DNA from: Gnetum montanum
Taxonomy: Eukaryota > Plantae > Gnetophyta
NCBI GenBank assembly: GCA_015680685.1
Contig: MNCI01000520.1
Location: forward strand, 1,411,412 to 1,475,411
Direction: 5' to 3'
Length of the DNA stretch: 64,000 nucleotides
In this document: positions 25,642 to 40,199 of the stretch, one piece after another
How the letters are laid out: every line of letters begins with the position of its first letter
Numbering within the stretch: position 1 is the first letter of the stretch
The notes under the pieces: generated by a model
Seen by the model: only the letters and a program-made list of their open reading frames with translations
The model's database searches: none
What the model was told of the DNA's origin: nothing
Position numbers and translations under genes: made by a program

Positions 25642-25644
25642 AAT

Positions 25645-26052
25645 TAATGAGCCATCCAAAATTCCATGGATAAATTACTCTCGTTGTAGAAGTCTCACCT
25701 TGTCTATGACTAACTTGCGAGTTGTATCCATGGAGGAATGTTCCAAAGCCAGAGAAATCATCAAGACATACAAGAATTAGGATCAAATCCAATCAAATCC
25801 CATACTTAGGATTGTCATTCCTAAGAAAAATCATAAATCATCCCCTAACTTCTAATCTTAAGTTCAAGAGTCAGAATTAATGCTTAAATCACATTGAAAT
25901 CACATAGTATAAACATGGATTGTGAAGATCACAAGGAAGGTATCACCTAATCTATGATCCTACCTCATTGTTTCCATATTGTAGCAACCTCAACAACTCA
26001 CCAATGGACTCTAATGGTCTTTAGTTATCACAAGGCTAAATAGATCTACACT
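25645..26052 (-). repeat. Element B 5' LTR remnant (3' ~410 bp only)
   Basis: Homologous to 3166-~3575; similarity stops abruptly near 26055. Confidence 0.85.
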
Positions 26053-27479
26053 TTATCACAAGGCTAACATATATATAGGTTTGTTATTCCTTCCTTTATT
26101 GACTATGCTTTATGAGCTATGTTCCTTTTTATTAAACATTTATATAAGATTTATTTTTATCTTTTTCTTTATTTTTATTTTATTAACTCTAATACTTTTT
26201 TCATTTGTATAATTTTTGTATTTTTGTACTTTTTAATATTTTGGATTATCTTTTAATTTGGCACATGTATACTAACATATTTTTGTTGAAGTTTTGAGTT
26301 AGTAGGTATGAGGCATTGGATGTGTCATTGATACATGGGATACTATGGTCTAGTACACTTGTTTGGATAATTTGTATTTTTGATAAAACTCTATTTTTAT
26401 ATTTTGTATTAATTTTAAATTTTTTATTAGCTTATTCTTTTATAAGGTCCTAAATCAACAATTTTTGTTGGTTATGCTTTTGGACTTTAGAATTTGTTAT
26501 TAGTTGGGCTTAGCCATAGCTATTAACTTGTGATTAAACATAGCCATTTAGTTTGCTCATAGGATATGCCCATTAGGCCAGCGTTGGCCACTAACTCATG
26601 TTAGAAAAGATTAAAAAATATTTTTATAAATGATCATATCTTTTCAATTTAATTTTATCATGAGAGAGCACCCTACCAAACATTGTAAAGACATTGTGAG
26701 AGTATAAACTAGACATATGTTTCTTGAGAAAAACCTTTTGCCTTGCCTTATTGGCATTTGGAAGATTGAGATAGAGAGAGAGAGAGAGAGATCCTATTGG
26801 ATTGAATAGGATCTAACTAGATCTAGATCTACAACCAAGTAGATCTATGTTGTCAATCAATATGTTATGGAAAGTTCATCAATTGAAAAAAATTTTAAAA
26901 GTTAATCAATTGATACAAAAATTTCAAAAGTTTCTTAATTGAAAATTTTTTTCTGAAATCCATATTGTGACAAAAAAAATTCAATTTTAAAAATTAGCAT
27001 TTAGATGGAAAAATTAAATATAAAATTGTAGGATAATTTAGGTTATTGGTCAAATTGACATTGTGGTAGTAGCTTAGAAAAAAATTTCCATAATTAAGTG
27101 CACTAATCTTGAAGTACTATTGGGATTGGTGACCTCTTGGGAAGTTTTTGAAAATGTGATATTTTTGTCAACTTAAAATGACCATAAATTTTGATTTTGG
27201 AGTCCTTTTCGTGTGAAACAAGAGTTGTTTCTAATAGATTTTGATCATATTTAGACCATGAAAGTCCAAAAATTAGTTTTTGAAGCTATTTATAAAGCCA
27301 TTATAAGACATGAGAAACTTGAATTAGAGCTTAAAAATCAAGTGTTTTTAACTAAATTCATCTTTCTAAATCTAGTTAAGACATGATATTATGTGAGAGA
27401 AATTCATTTTTAGAGTTTTTCTAACTCCTTGAAAGAAATAGTTAACCACTTCGAAAACCCATAAAATGGATCATTAACG

Positions 27480-30400
27480 GTAATGGGCAATCACCTATCT
27501 TGTCTCGTTAGCCTATCCATGTTTGAAGCCTAGAGAGTACATTGAAGAACCATCAAGTTTAGAATCAATGATCGTATGAATGCTCTTGAGCAACAAATTA
27601 ATGAGATCACACAAGCATTCAAGAGGATCTTTGTAAATCAAATAAAGGATTCATGAAGCATATGCAAGACATGTTAGAGGAGATTAGGGGATTTTCCAAT
27701 AACTCTAGGAAAAGATGGATTATTTCATAGACTTCATCAACCATTTGATAGATCATTTGATCAAACATCCATCCAGAGACTATAACCAAAACCAACATCC
27801 ATATAGAGATAATTACCAAGATTAATTTCTACCCCAAGATCATTACCAAGACCGATTCTCACCCTAAGATTAGTACCAAAATCAATCCCCATACTTAAGA
27901 CATTAAAGGGATGAGATTCTAATACAAGGATAGAGGTTAGAACCAAAAGGTAAGAATTATGAAAATTAACAAACCTCACTAAGAAAATCAATAACCCAAG
28001 TTTATGAAAAAAAGATGAAACTTGATTATTATGATGGAGCCCCAAGATCTAGTGCTATGGCAAATGATTGGCTTGATACCATGAAGAATTACTTTAACAT
28101 GTTAAATTTATCAAGTTAAAAATGCTTTGAAGTGGTCTCTATATATTTAAGAGGACTTGCCATAACATGGTAGAATAGATTGAAGTCCTAAGGATTAATT
28201 ATAAATTGGCATAGATTTTGCCATGATTTTGAATAAAAATTTATGTAAGATGAAATTTGACTCAATAATATTGAATTGATAACCCATAGAATATTATTAC
28301 AAAGAGTTATATAATCTTTTTGGGTAAGTAACTCATTAGGATGAAAGTGAATTGGCCTTGAAATTCATTGGTAGAATACCTATCAAACTACATCCCTAGA
28401 CATGTGTCCATAATCCATAGATGGTGGATGAAGCTTATAGAATTGCCAATGATTATGATGAATCAAATCAAGTAAGGAATGCAAATATTTGGCAACCAGT
28501 TGTGTAAGAAACACCAAGTAAGAGAACTTGATCCATATTCTTTACTAATAGCAAAGATCAATTTAAGAAAAATCACAAAACATAATGAGCAAGAATTCAA
28601 AGGAATAATCAAAATAAAAATTAGAAACCTAATACTGATATGGCCAAACAACAAGGTCAAGTAACTACCATGGTCATAGTAAAGATAATTTCTGTGTCAC
28701 CTAAGTCAAGTTTGAGGAAATTTCAATTCTCCTTACTCATTTTAAAGGATCAATTAAGGGTTTAAAATTTAATTCTTGATTGATAGTGATGCAAGAGATA
28801 CTTTTATTTCACCAAATCTATTTAAAACTTTAAATGTAATGCTACCTTACAATAAAGTTATTAAAGTAGAACTTGTAGATGGAATGATTGTGAGTAAGCA
28901 TACCAGGTATGGTGAAGTTAACTTTATTTTAAATTTTTTTTTGCTTGTAAAGTTTTTGAATTAAAATGAGGTGATGTATCTGAAATTTTAGAAATGTATT
29001 TCCTATAAAAACTCAATGTTATTATCCAATTTCAAAGTCATGTTTTAATAGTACCAACCACTAATAGAGTTAAGTATCCAAGGAGGATAGAAATAGCAAA
29101 GAAAATTCACACCATAACCATTAAATAAGACAAGAAACTAATTAATAAAGATGCTACTATGTTTTTTATGAAAGTAATTCAACCTTAAAAGTTCTTAGAC
29201 ATTAAGATTCCAAAATAATTCAAGGATTACAAGAATTTAATATTTGGTAAAACCAAAGAATTACCACATAAGAGAACTATGGAGCATGCGTTTGATATTT
29301 TTCTAGGTAGAGAATCATTCGTGAAAGCCGCATATAGGTTTTCTATTATAGAACTAAGGGAATTAAAGATATAATTTGATTAGTAACTAGAGGAAGGAAA
29401 AACACATCCTAGTGTCTCATTTTGGGGAGCACTAGTCCTAATTGTCAAGAAAATGGATGGTACGTTAAGATTGTATATCAATTATAGGGTGTTAAATAAA
29501 GTAATGATAAAAATGGCTACCTATTACCTAAGATAGATAACCTATTTAACCAACTTATATGAGCATGTTACCTTCCAAGATTGATTTAAAATCTAATTAT
29601 CATTAGATAAAGATTAAGAAAAAAAATACTGAGAAAACTATGTTTAGGATAAGATACAAATTATATGAAATTGTTATTATGCTACTTGAATTGACTATGC
29701 ACTCATGATGTTTATGACTTAGATGAATAATAGCTTACAAGAATAACTTGATAAATTTATTATTTTATTTATGGATGATATACATGTTTATTCCAAGATA
29801 AGGGAAGAAAATGTAGAACATTTGAAAATTACGATGGAAATCCATAAGGAAAATCAATTAAAATCAAAACTAAGTGTGAGTTCTTTAAGGAAGAATTATC
29901 ATATTTGGACCATAGCATATATAAATAAGGATTACAAGTAGATCCATATAAAATTACTATAGTCAAAAAATGATTGGTATCTAAGGATGCTATGGCTATT
30001 CACAATTTTCTAGGTTCACTAAGGTTTTATCATTACTTTATTAAAGATTACTCTAATCTTGTAGCTCTTATGATTGATATCTTGTAAAATCACAGCATGT
30101 GTTTAAGTTTGATGAAAGTTGCAAGGAAGCATTTCTAAGATTAAGATGCTATTAAAAAAATCACATATTGTGAGAATTGTAGATGAATATATATCATTTG
30201 AAGCATTGACAAATGCTTGTGGAGTAGGAATCAGTGTTGTTCTTTCATAAGAAGATAGTGGTAAGCTTTGAATCTCATAGATTATAAGGATATGAGATAA
30301 ATTATTCAATCAATGATTTGGAATTATTAGTAATTGTACATGTTTTATAAATTTGGAGAAATTATCTTTGTCAAAGAAGATATGTATTAAAAACTAATTA

Positions 30401-31674
30401 CAAGAGTCTAGAATATCTACAAAGACAACCCATCTTAAATACAAGATAATGAAGGTGGATGAAATTACTTGCTAAATATGATTTTGAGATAAATTACATT
30501 CAATGAAAACAAATTGTAGTGGTTGACATCCTTAGATAGATGTGAAACTTAATGATTTATGTTGTATTAGTCCTCATGAAAGAAGAGATTAAAGATAAAA
30601 TAAAGGAATACCCTTACTTTAAGAAAATCCTAATCAACATAACCTCCAAACCAAACTACCATATTTTCCTAGAAGGTCTATTGATGAAGGGAGAATGAGT
30701 GTGTATTATAGAAGGGATTTAGAGATACAATTTGTTGAGTGAAGTCCACAAAATACCATATGATAGACATCTTGGTTACATCAAGAACTATGTGATGCTA
30801 CACAAATTTTATTTTTGGCCTAGGATGAATAATGATATATCTACTAACATTAGAAATTTTCCAACTTATCAAAGAGTAAAAGCCAAGAAAAACAAGCCAA
30901 GTGGCCTATTATCATCATTAGAAGTCCCAACATGGAGGTGGGAAGATATCACCATGGACTTCATTGTAGGATTACTAGTATTCAAGAGAGGGAATGACAC
31001 AATCTTGGTTGTGGTTGATCATCTATAAAAAATGGTTCATTTCACATTCTTAAAATCTACCAACATAATAATTGAAGTAGTCTAGAAATTGTTATGGGAA
31101 GTGTTACAATTACATGGATGTCCAAGATCAATTACATTTGATAGAGGTCTAAATTTTATTTCTAAATTTTGACAAAACCTTTTAAACAAACTTAGAACCC
31201 AACTAAAGTTTATCATGACATACAATCCTAAAAATAATGGTTAAAAAAAAATTAATAGGATATTAAAAGGTATTTTAAAAATTAATGTAAGGATTATACC
31301 CAAGACGTGGGAAGAGTACTTACATTTGGTAAAATTTAACTATAACAATAACTATCAAGGATCCATATATAGAACCCCATTTAAAGTTATATATGGGTGA
31401 AATTGCCGAATGGCATTAACTTGGGCTAATCCTACTTTGAGAAAAAAATTAAAAGAAGAGGAAATAAAAATTATGAAAAGCATTATCACAAAAGTGAAAT
31501 AGAATCTACAATAAACCCAAGATAAGTACAAAGGGTATGTTGACCAACACTATCTTAAGAAGTAGTTCCAGATGGAAGACCAAGTATTATTAATCGTTAA
31601 AATAACTAAAAGTTCCTTAAAATTAGAAAAAAAAAGACCAAGTTAGATCCTTGATATTACAAATCCTTCGAAGT
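27480..31674 (+). pseudogene. Element C: decayed chromovirus (Tekay-like) gag-pol
   Basis: Gag: DYYDGAP...NDWLDTMKNYF. PR: LIDSDARDTFIS. RT: [22 protein letters not shown] and FMDDIHVYS. INT: HLGYIK...FWPRM and WEDITMDFIVGL. LTRs not resolved. Confidence 0.88.
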
Positions 31675-33618
31675 TGATAAGGGTATCATTGATCATGACT
31701 AATGGGATTATATCATACAGAATGTGATGTGATTTGATCATAAGCTTCGAAGATGATGTTGAGTGAATTGCCAAGAACACTCATGTATGTCATTGTGTTT
31801 AATAAATATAAAAGAGATTATAATACATATTATACAATGAACATATATGTTTCCATGTTTCAAAAAGATATATAATATTTATAATTTTATATTTTATGAT
31901 TTTTATGGATTTTATGAGTATTAGAATAAATTAATAATAAATACACATGCATCACAATCCCTCATGGGAATATAAGTAATGCTTAAAATCACTCACACAT
32001 GTTGCAATCACTTATGGGGAAGGTGCAACTCTACACCTAGAAAGTAATAAATGGCTTCTAGTTATAACCTTGATGGTCCAACATCATACCATACAATTTT
32101 GATCTTCTTGGATAAGGATGAATTATAGTAGCTTGATGAAATAGAATTGAAATAAATATTTTTAGTATTTTAATGTTTTAAGGAATTACTAATATAAACG
32201 AAAGAAAAAATCATGACCTTTATTCACTATTCAAACACCAAACTCTACTTCAACAAAATGGTTCTAGATCATGTAAACAAGGTATCACTTTAACAATGTA
32301 TAGTCACAGTTGTAAAAGTGATTTTTCAAAACACATACATAAAATAGGTTGGAATTAACTTGTCCAAGGGAGGAAGAGCTCTTCATACAAGATAAATTAC
32401 AAAAGCCCAAATGAAATCAATAAAATATCTAAGATATTCTCATCTTAGATATGTATAGTTCTCCTAATATAATGGTGGAGGTTTTCCAATGCCCAAGTCT
32501 TAATAAAGGTCGATTAACATAGCCTATGGTGATCTTGATCATACCATAGGTGAAGTAGATCAAAAAAGACCAAGAAATGGGTGCATTAATGTTCTTGTTC
32601 TAATGTAGGATAGTTAACACACCTATAAATCACACTTTTATCCACTAGTTTTGGGTCAAAGCTAGAAATCGAGGAAACATGTCAAAATAGGCATAGGATG
32701 TTCAAATGAATATGGAAAAATCTTAAGAAACTTAAAACATGCACACAACCTCAAAGCATGATACAAGAAACAAGGATATGATTTCAAGAAACATAAACCT
32801 TAACCAAACATTCTATAACTCTAAACATAAGATGTGTAAAACACTTTCTGATTCTAAGGCTTATAATGAACATACAAAATGTCTATGGGTATCTCATCAT
32901 TTATCCATGATTGAGTAAAGATAGTTTCATAACTTTAAAATTCAAGATAAAAAAAGGACTAGAAATATGATAAGATCAATGTGAAGGAATTACAAATGTA
33001 TAAATAACTTTGGTACAAGACATTGAAAAACTACCACTTGAAGAAGAGGAGTCAGGGGATGGTGGCTAACAAGAATAATCCCTTGGCATGCTTGTGAAAT
33101 TGAAGATGCCTTAAGCTTGATGAAAATATTTAACAAATTTTTAGTTTCATAACTTGTGATCAAGGTGCAAACCTTCTACATCTAAATTTACCTTTTGAGA
33201 GAGGCCCTTTATGTTTTGGATTGAACTAGTGTTCTTTAAGTGGAGTTGAAAGGTTTTGTCTTTTCTATTCATAAACTAAGGCCTAAGATATTCTAACCAA
33301 TTTCTACATGAGCATTAGATATGCATAATGCACCTACCTAAACATGTTGGACTATAACAATGCCAAAATTCATGTGAAATATTCAAGCATTAAACCACCA
33401 TTGAAAAAATCATGCATGAAAACAATAGTAAGTATAATTCCTAATAGGCATCCTATCTGTTGCAACTAGAAAGCTTGACGACTAAAAAGTAAAGGATTCT
33501 CAACCATGAATAGCCTCAACCTTGAATCCCTAGGGCCTCTAAGAAAAATGGGATTTAGGATGCCATGGATGATATGGTAGATCACCTAGGGACATAGGGG
33601 TGCAAAATGGGGGTAACA
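31675..33618. mobile_element. Possible solo LTR (~1.9 kb) inserted in the integrase tail of element C
   Basis: Coding similarity stops at ...KSFEV. The segment is TGATAAG...GGTAACA flanked by AAGT on both sides, but the 5-bp TSD is imperfect and there is no second copy in the window. Confidence 0.45.
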
Positions 33619-34429
33619 AAGTAAAGAGATGTAGATCTATAAAGTAATGCACTAAAAATACAACAATTAAATCTAAAAATATACATAAAATGAAACTATA
33701 AACTTTATTAAATAAATAAAGAATTAGTTTAGAGATGTGTATAAAATTTGTGCTTAAGAAGAGGGCAAGGAGGATTTACTTAAGTGGGGGTTCCAAGTTT
33801 GTTAAAGCTAAATAGAATCCATTTCACAATTTGGATACTCAGCCACTCTTAATGTTTTCAAAAATTCTCTACTATCACTTATATTTACAACATTGGTCAC
33901 TGCTGGGGTTAAGAAACATGAAGAATTGAAGTTGCCAAAATGCTCCACATTGGGACTTGGGGATCCTAGGGGGGCAGCATTGACACCCAAGGCTCACAAA
34001 TCCTAAGGGGGGAATGGGTAATAGGGGTAACAAGGCTATAATGATTCTATGCTAGTAGGCCCCAAGAAGCTATATTTTGCTAGGTAGTAAGAGCTCTTGA
34101 ATGCTCAAGATGCCAAATGCTCAAAAATGCTAAAGTGTGGAACCTTGAAATGGTGTGGGGGTTTGGATTTGATAGGTCTTTTGCCATGATTTTGGTTGCA
34201 AATATGTTGCAATAGATTGGTAGATTGGGCTACAAATTGGCTACAAATTATTGCAAATTTCTATCATGTCTAGTGGGGTAGGTGCCCAAAATCCAAAGTT
34301 GTGGGGGGTGGGGGCATGTTTTCTTTGCTCCTTCTATGCTAGCATTGTAGGATTCTTGCTAGAGTTGATGTGACATCAAAATCTTGGTCATGTTGCTTCT
34401 ATGTTGGGAAGGAGGAATTAACATTTGGG

Positions 34430-34444
34430 NNNNNNNNNNNNNNN
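34430..34444. other. Small assembly gap
   Basis: Run of n. Confidence 1.
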
Positions 34445-35870
34445 GATGAAAGATCAATGTTGGGGTTGAAGGTCAAGTCATTCTATGCTGAGTATCATCC
34501 TCCTATGTTGGGGGTAGGTGAGATCCATCCCCCATGCATCCCTCCATGCTAGTTTTGATGCCTTTACACTAGGAGTAGGTGACCCACACCACTCCATGTT
34601 GGGGGTAGGTGGGACTTATTTCTTGTTGGTGTTTTTAGTGTAGAAAAGTATATACCCCTCATAAAACCCACAAAATTACCATTTTTAGAATCCAAAAAGT
34701 AATTTTAACCTGCCGAAGCCCAAATATAGACACTAGGTAGCTCTTTTCATTTAACGAATGAGGCTTTGACTACTAATGAGTTATTTTCAGCCCCAAAAGT
34801 ATGAAATAGCCCCTCATGGATTACAATAGGTTACAATCTTCACATTTACAATAAATTTTTACCTTGGATTTCATGAGGTGAAGGGTACATGATGAAAAGT
34901 GGTTACAACATGCAAATTTTGGTGGTGTTTCAATGGTTCCTCTTTGTTGGTGTTTGAAGGATTGACTTGAGAGACATCGATAAAGAATACCAAACATCAC
35001 TATAGGTCCACCACCAACGTTTCCTCTCCATGCTTGATCCAATCATGTTGAACCATGCTGAAGAGTACTTGTGATGATGGGATAAAGCTATGATGAGATG
35101 GTGGTAATGGTCATCAAGGAGATGGTTATGGAGGCTAAAAATGCATTGCAAGTGTTTTCATCATGGCTATAGCATGATATTGACATGTTTTGAAGTGTTG
35201 CTCACTTGACAAATGCATTTGAGGACCCAATCACTTTGCTCCAAGATTTCTTTGGCCATTGTGTTTTGAGGCTCCATTGGTCATTCAACTTCTTGGAAAT
35301 GTGCTTCTTCTTGTTTTTTTTGTGGGGGTGAAACCTTCATTGGGTCTCGTTGCCAAGGCCAGAGTGATATAGTTTTCCCATTAAATGAGTTGTATTACAT
35401 TCAACAGCCTTGGGGCTTTCCCATCAAAATGAAACATGTTATGCTCGATGGACTAAATGGTTTTTCCACTAAATGAGCTATGTTAAATTCAAGTGGACTT
35501 GAGGATGGAGCATGATGAAGGGATGTCATTTGACCATAATGTATGAATGTTAAATATTAGTCAACATTATTATTTAGGGTAAGGAAGGCTATAATGAGAT
35601 TACAAGGTTTGGCTCAAGGAATGCTACTAGATGGAGGGAAATGGTAGAAGCACTCTTAAAATAGTAGGACAAAATCACCAAATAATGCACATTGAGGTCA
35701 CATACTAACTTGCTTCCATGATAGGTTGCACTTTTGTTGAGGCTCCAGGATTCATCTTAGGAAAGAAACTCCAAGAGGACAAGAGAACCAAGCAAATAGA
35801 GCATGTTATAATAATACAAGGCATATAGTACACATAGAGAATAGAAACAAGCTACCCAGGTCACCCATGT

Positions 35871-36005
35871 TGCTAGTTTAATGCTACGGTGGGATATGGA
35901 AGTAGTTTAACACATTGGAAGGACATAGTGCTAGTTTAAGATCATAGTAGAGTGTGTGCTAGTTTAAGGCCTTGGTAGGTCATATTGCTGATTTAAGGCC
36001 TTGAG
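35871..36005. repeat. 29-bp degenerate tandem array in the 3' UTR of D
   Basis: About 5 units with core TGCTAGTTTAAG at 28-29 bp spacing. Confidence 0.8.
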
Positions 36006-36149
36006 AAGTTATGGTAAAGTAGATTTTCTTGTTGATGGTTGTTGATGTCATGGCTATTGTAGGCTACATGTGGATCACATGTAATAAGGCATTAGATAGG
36101 AATGATTAATTAGATTAACCAACTCATTCTCATCCATCGCTACGATCCT

Positions 36150-39100
36150 GAATGCTCCATTGCTATAGGCTTTGGTGACAAGAAAGGACCCTTTCTAGTT
36201 GGATGAGAATTTATTTGCATGCTTTTGGATGACTTTGAAAACAAGGTCATCCTTCTTGATCTTATGCTTGATTAAGTTATGGTGGTGCTACCATTTCTAC
36301 CTATCTTGATAATGCTCAACATGGGCAAGCGCTTGCATACGTTGCTTCTCCACTAAGTCTAGGTTCATTTTATGTAACTCCTTACTTTGTTCATTATTGA
36401 TGAAGTTGGTTAGGACCACCTGAAGTGATGGTACATGCAATTCAAGAGGTAAAGTAGCTTTAGAACCATAAACCAAGCTAGAAGGTGTTATACTAATTAT
36501 TTTATGGTAAGTTGTACATTAGGCCCAAAGTGCATAGAAAAGTTGCTTATGCCACTTGAGCTTGTTGTTGTTGAGCATCTTCTTGAGTAAGTTGATGATG
36601 GCCTTGTTACTTGATTCTACTTGTCCATTGGCTTGAGGGTAATAAGGTGGTGAGAAAGAATGCTTAATGCCTAGGTCTTAATAGAAATTATTTGTTTCTT
36701 AGCTACTAAATTATGATCCATTGTCTATAACTATGGTCATGGGTGTGCTAAAATAGGCTACAATGTTATCTAGATGAATTTACAGACTCATTTAAATGTA
36801 CTTTTCCTTAGGGGAATAGCTTCAACACACTTAGTAAAGTATTCGATTGTGGTGATGATGAAGATATGTCATGTAGAAGACTTAGGAATTATAGGTTCAA
36901 TGATATCCAAACCACATCATTGAAATGACCAAGTTATCTAAGTGGTATGCAACTCAATTGGTGGTATATGTATAAGGTTGCTATGCTGTTGGCATGTGTC
37001 ACAACACTTAACCTTCTCTGGGTAGTCAGTTTCCATATAGGATCAGTAATAGCCTAATAATCTAATCTTAGTGATCATAGCTCTATGTCCTATATGTCTC
37101 CCACAAATACCCCCATGAACCTGCTCTAGAGCTTTTCTAGCCTTGGCTTTACCAACCACTTTAGCAATATGCTATCATAGGACCATTGACATAATGTATT
37201 ATCACCTAATATGACATGTTGTTTTGATTGTTTATGTACAATGTCATTTTGAGTAGTAGTTAGGCCTTGTGAGGATTCAACATGGATAAGGTAACATTTG
37301 ATATCATCATACCATTTCCTAATAGGATCAGTATGGATTATGAACATAGAGGTATCCTCAGTGTTCTACGTAATGGGGATAGCATAGTCCATAGTTAATG
37401 TGGACAACTTACAAAATACATTTAGTGTCACATTGAGGGCTAACATTGTAATTACATCAACTATGGTGTTCTTGTTTTGAGATGGATATCAATATCTATA
37501 AATTGTTGTGACAATTACTTCCCAAGGTCACAGTAAGATTGTAAATGTTTGACTTTACATGCATAGACCTCGATTACTTGGTTAACCATAAGTTGGAAAT
37601 CACCTTAATCATTAATTGCTTGATTCCTAGGTCACGAGCTATCATTCCTCTAATCCAATCCTCATACTCTACTATGTTGTTGGTACATAGAAACTCAAAA
37701 TGATAGATAAAGGATTAGATTTCACTAGATGGAAATGTTACAATGGTAGAAACATTGGCCCCATGGGTAGTTGAAGCTTCGTCAAAGTGCATGACCAACT
37801 CACAACCCTCAAGCACTTACCTAATGGTGTTGATATATTCATCAAGGAACTCAAAATCTATGGCTACAGGATCATGAATGGGTGAAACAATGAGTTATAT
37901 AGCTATAGCTTGACCTTTCCTTAAGGATTGAGAGATGTAATGAAGGTCAAACTCCATGGTTATGGCTCTCCATTAGGCTATATGGTTACTTTCATAGATG
38001 TTTATCATTATGGCTCTAAGCATGTTATGTTTGCAAAGGACGTTAACTTGGCTCTTGAAGAGGTAATGTCTCCACATCTTTAATGAGAAGATTAATGCTA
38101 GAAAATACTTCTCCAATTTAGTGTATTGGGTCTAGTGGGAAAATAATGCATGACTAAGGTAGTATACTAGCATCTCTACTCCATCATCACATTTCTAACT
38201 GAGTAGAAAGATGATGAACAAGTCAGAGATAGCAAGGTAAATGTAAAATGGTTTACCCTCTTATGGAGGATAGACCATTGGTAGTTGTGCCAACTCTTGC
38301 TTAAGGTTCCAAAGGCCTCCTGGCATTGAGTCATCCACTTATAGCGAACCCCTTTCTTAAGCAAGTATTACATGTGTTGTAACTTATCCTTAAGCCTAGT
38401 AATAAACCTACAAATAAATTGTAATCTACCTTGTAATCCTCAAAGCTCCTTGAGGTTGGTAGGTGCTGCTAATTTGGATATGACCTTAACCTTATTAAGA
38501 TCGACATGAATCCCTACTTCAAACACTACAAAGCCAAGCATCTTATCGGTCTTGACACTAAAGACACACTTCCTAGGATTAAGCCTAATATTGAACTTAA
38601 GACATTGTTTGAGCACAAGATCTAAGTCATTATCATGGTCATTTGCCACTTTGGACGTAATGGCTATATCTTCTAAATAATCATTGAGCAAACCTAGCAT
38701 GTAATCACTAAAGATATGGATAAGGGCTCTCTAGTAAGTTGCTTTCATGTTCTTAAGGCCAAAGGACATCATTGTATAGAAAAAGGTACCCCAAGGAGTC
38801 ATGAAGGTTGTGGTAAGTTAGTGCTATAGGTTGATCCTAATTTGGTTGTATCCCAAGAATCCATCCACAAAGGACAACAAGACATGTTTGGCCATAGTAT
38901 TGATAAGTTGATCAATAGTAGGCAAAGCAAAGACATCCTTGATGGTCACTTTATTTAGGCCTTTGAAATCAATGCAAATATATATATTCTCATTATTATT
39001 AAAGACTACCATTATGTTGGACACCCATTCTATGTAGTCAATAGCTCGGATGAAACCTACTTGGTAAAGTTTTGAGATTACATCATGATTTGCTAGGGCC

Positions 39101-39551
39101 AAATCAGGTCTAATCTTATGTACTTTCTACTTAACTGGTCTAATGCTAGGGTCAAGTATGATATGTTGCTAGAATAGGCATGGGTCTAGCCCTAGCATAT
39201 ATTCATATGACTAGGTGAAGGCCTTAATGTTTCCTTGTAGGACTTTGGTGATGTCTTAAGTCTATTGAGATTCTAGTGAGGAACTTAGTGTATGGGTTTT
39301 CTCCTCAACACTGTGTGTTGTGATAAGAACCTCAACTAGATAGTCTTTAGTTATGTCACTAGCCTCAAGGTTGAGGGTCGTAATTAGGTTTTCAACCCAT
39401 TCTATGGATTTTTTGATAGTGGCAATGTGGTCACCAAGACTCTTAGGCTTAAGATCTAGACAATCAAGTTAATACATCACTCAACATTATCATGGGATCC
39501 ATGTAGGTAGAAAGGCATATTGATATGCTCCAAGGTACTCATACTTTAATT
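36150..39551 (-). pseudogene. pol: Element D RT-RNase H-aRNase H-integrase (decayed)
   Basis: RT: LLSFVDGFLGYNQI, FYTMMSFGLKN and RLNPRKCVFSV. aRH (~37400-37800): MHFDEAS...FLCTNNIVEYE...ARDLGIKQL. INT: HGGICGRHIG and PPYYPQANGQVESSNK. Confidence 0.9.
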
Positions 39552-40199
39552 CTACATGTTAACAAAAAACATATTTAGTAACACTTTGGTAGAAGTAAAT
39601 AAAAAATGCTAAAATTTTGTAAAATTATGCAAATACATGCTATTCTAATGCAAAAAAGGTCATCCAAGGCTATAAACAGAGTAAAAATAAGCAAATAATA
39701 TGTAGTATGTGCCAGAAAAAGGGCCAATAAAGGTGAAACAAATGAAAGTAAGAGAAATAAGGCCATGAATGATCAACAATGGTCATAGTTTTGCTAGTTT
39801 AAGGCCTTAGTGGGCCATGATGACATGGTGTCCAATGATGGTCAGGGAAGGTCAAACTCCATCATCCAATACCAATCAAAGGCTAAAAAATACTATATAA
39901 GGCTATAGTGTAGAGAATCCAAGGCTAACATCTTGACATAGAAAGTATTAGTGAGGTTGAACAAGGTCAAAAATGCATAATAGGTCATGATATGATAAGA
40001 AAAGGTCCCAAATAATGTAAAGTGGGATATATATGGTGAACCTTGGTCAAAACATGATTAAAAAGGATTATATTTTTCCAATTTTAGGCCTTAGTGGTCC
40101 ATGGATTGAGGCTACAAGGATCATAAGCTAGTTTGGGCATTAATCAGGGCTATTTCTAGGTTGTTTGGATTGAAAAAGCAAGGATTTTAAAGCTTACAC

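Larger units (their letters stand above)
3166..26052 (-). mobile_element. Element B: Athila-like Ty3/gypsy LTR retrotransposon (decayed, 5' LTR truncated, two nested alpha insertions)
   Basis: 3166-~3575 is homologous to 25645-~26052 (LTR pair). The minus strand carries a PBS remnant, gag, PR, RT, RH, INT, an env-like ORF and a PPT in that order. Confidence 0.85.

Noticed and set aside
26068-27480. 5' LTR and tRNA-Met PBS of element C
   Set aside because: No recognisable TGGTATCAGAGC or matching second LTR.
33619-34806. Continuation, PPT and 3' LTR of C (TTAAGTGGGGG ~33780), or the 3' LTR of D
   Set aside because: Only weak AT-rich resemblance, a gap inside and no partner LTR in the window; left unassigned.
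35871-36005. 29-bp arrays as CRISPR-like repeat/spacer units (also 49106-49225 and 58806-59120)
   Set aside because: The variable parts are related to each other, the units are too short, no cas genes are present and the context is a eukaryotic retroelement. These are ordinary degenerate minisatellites.
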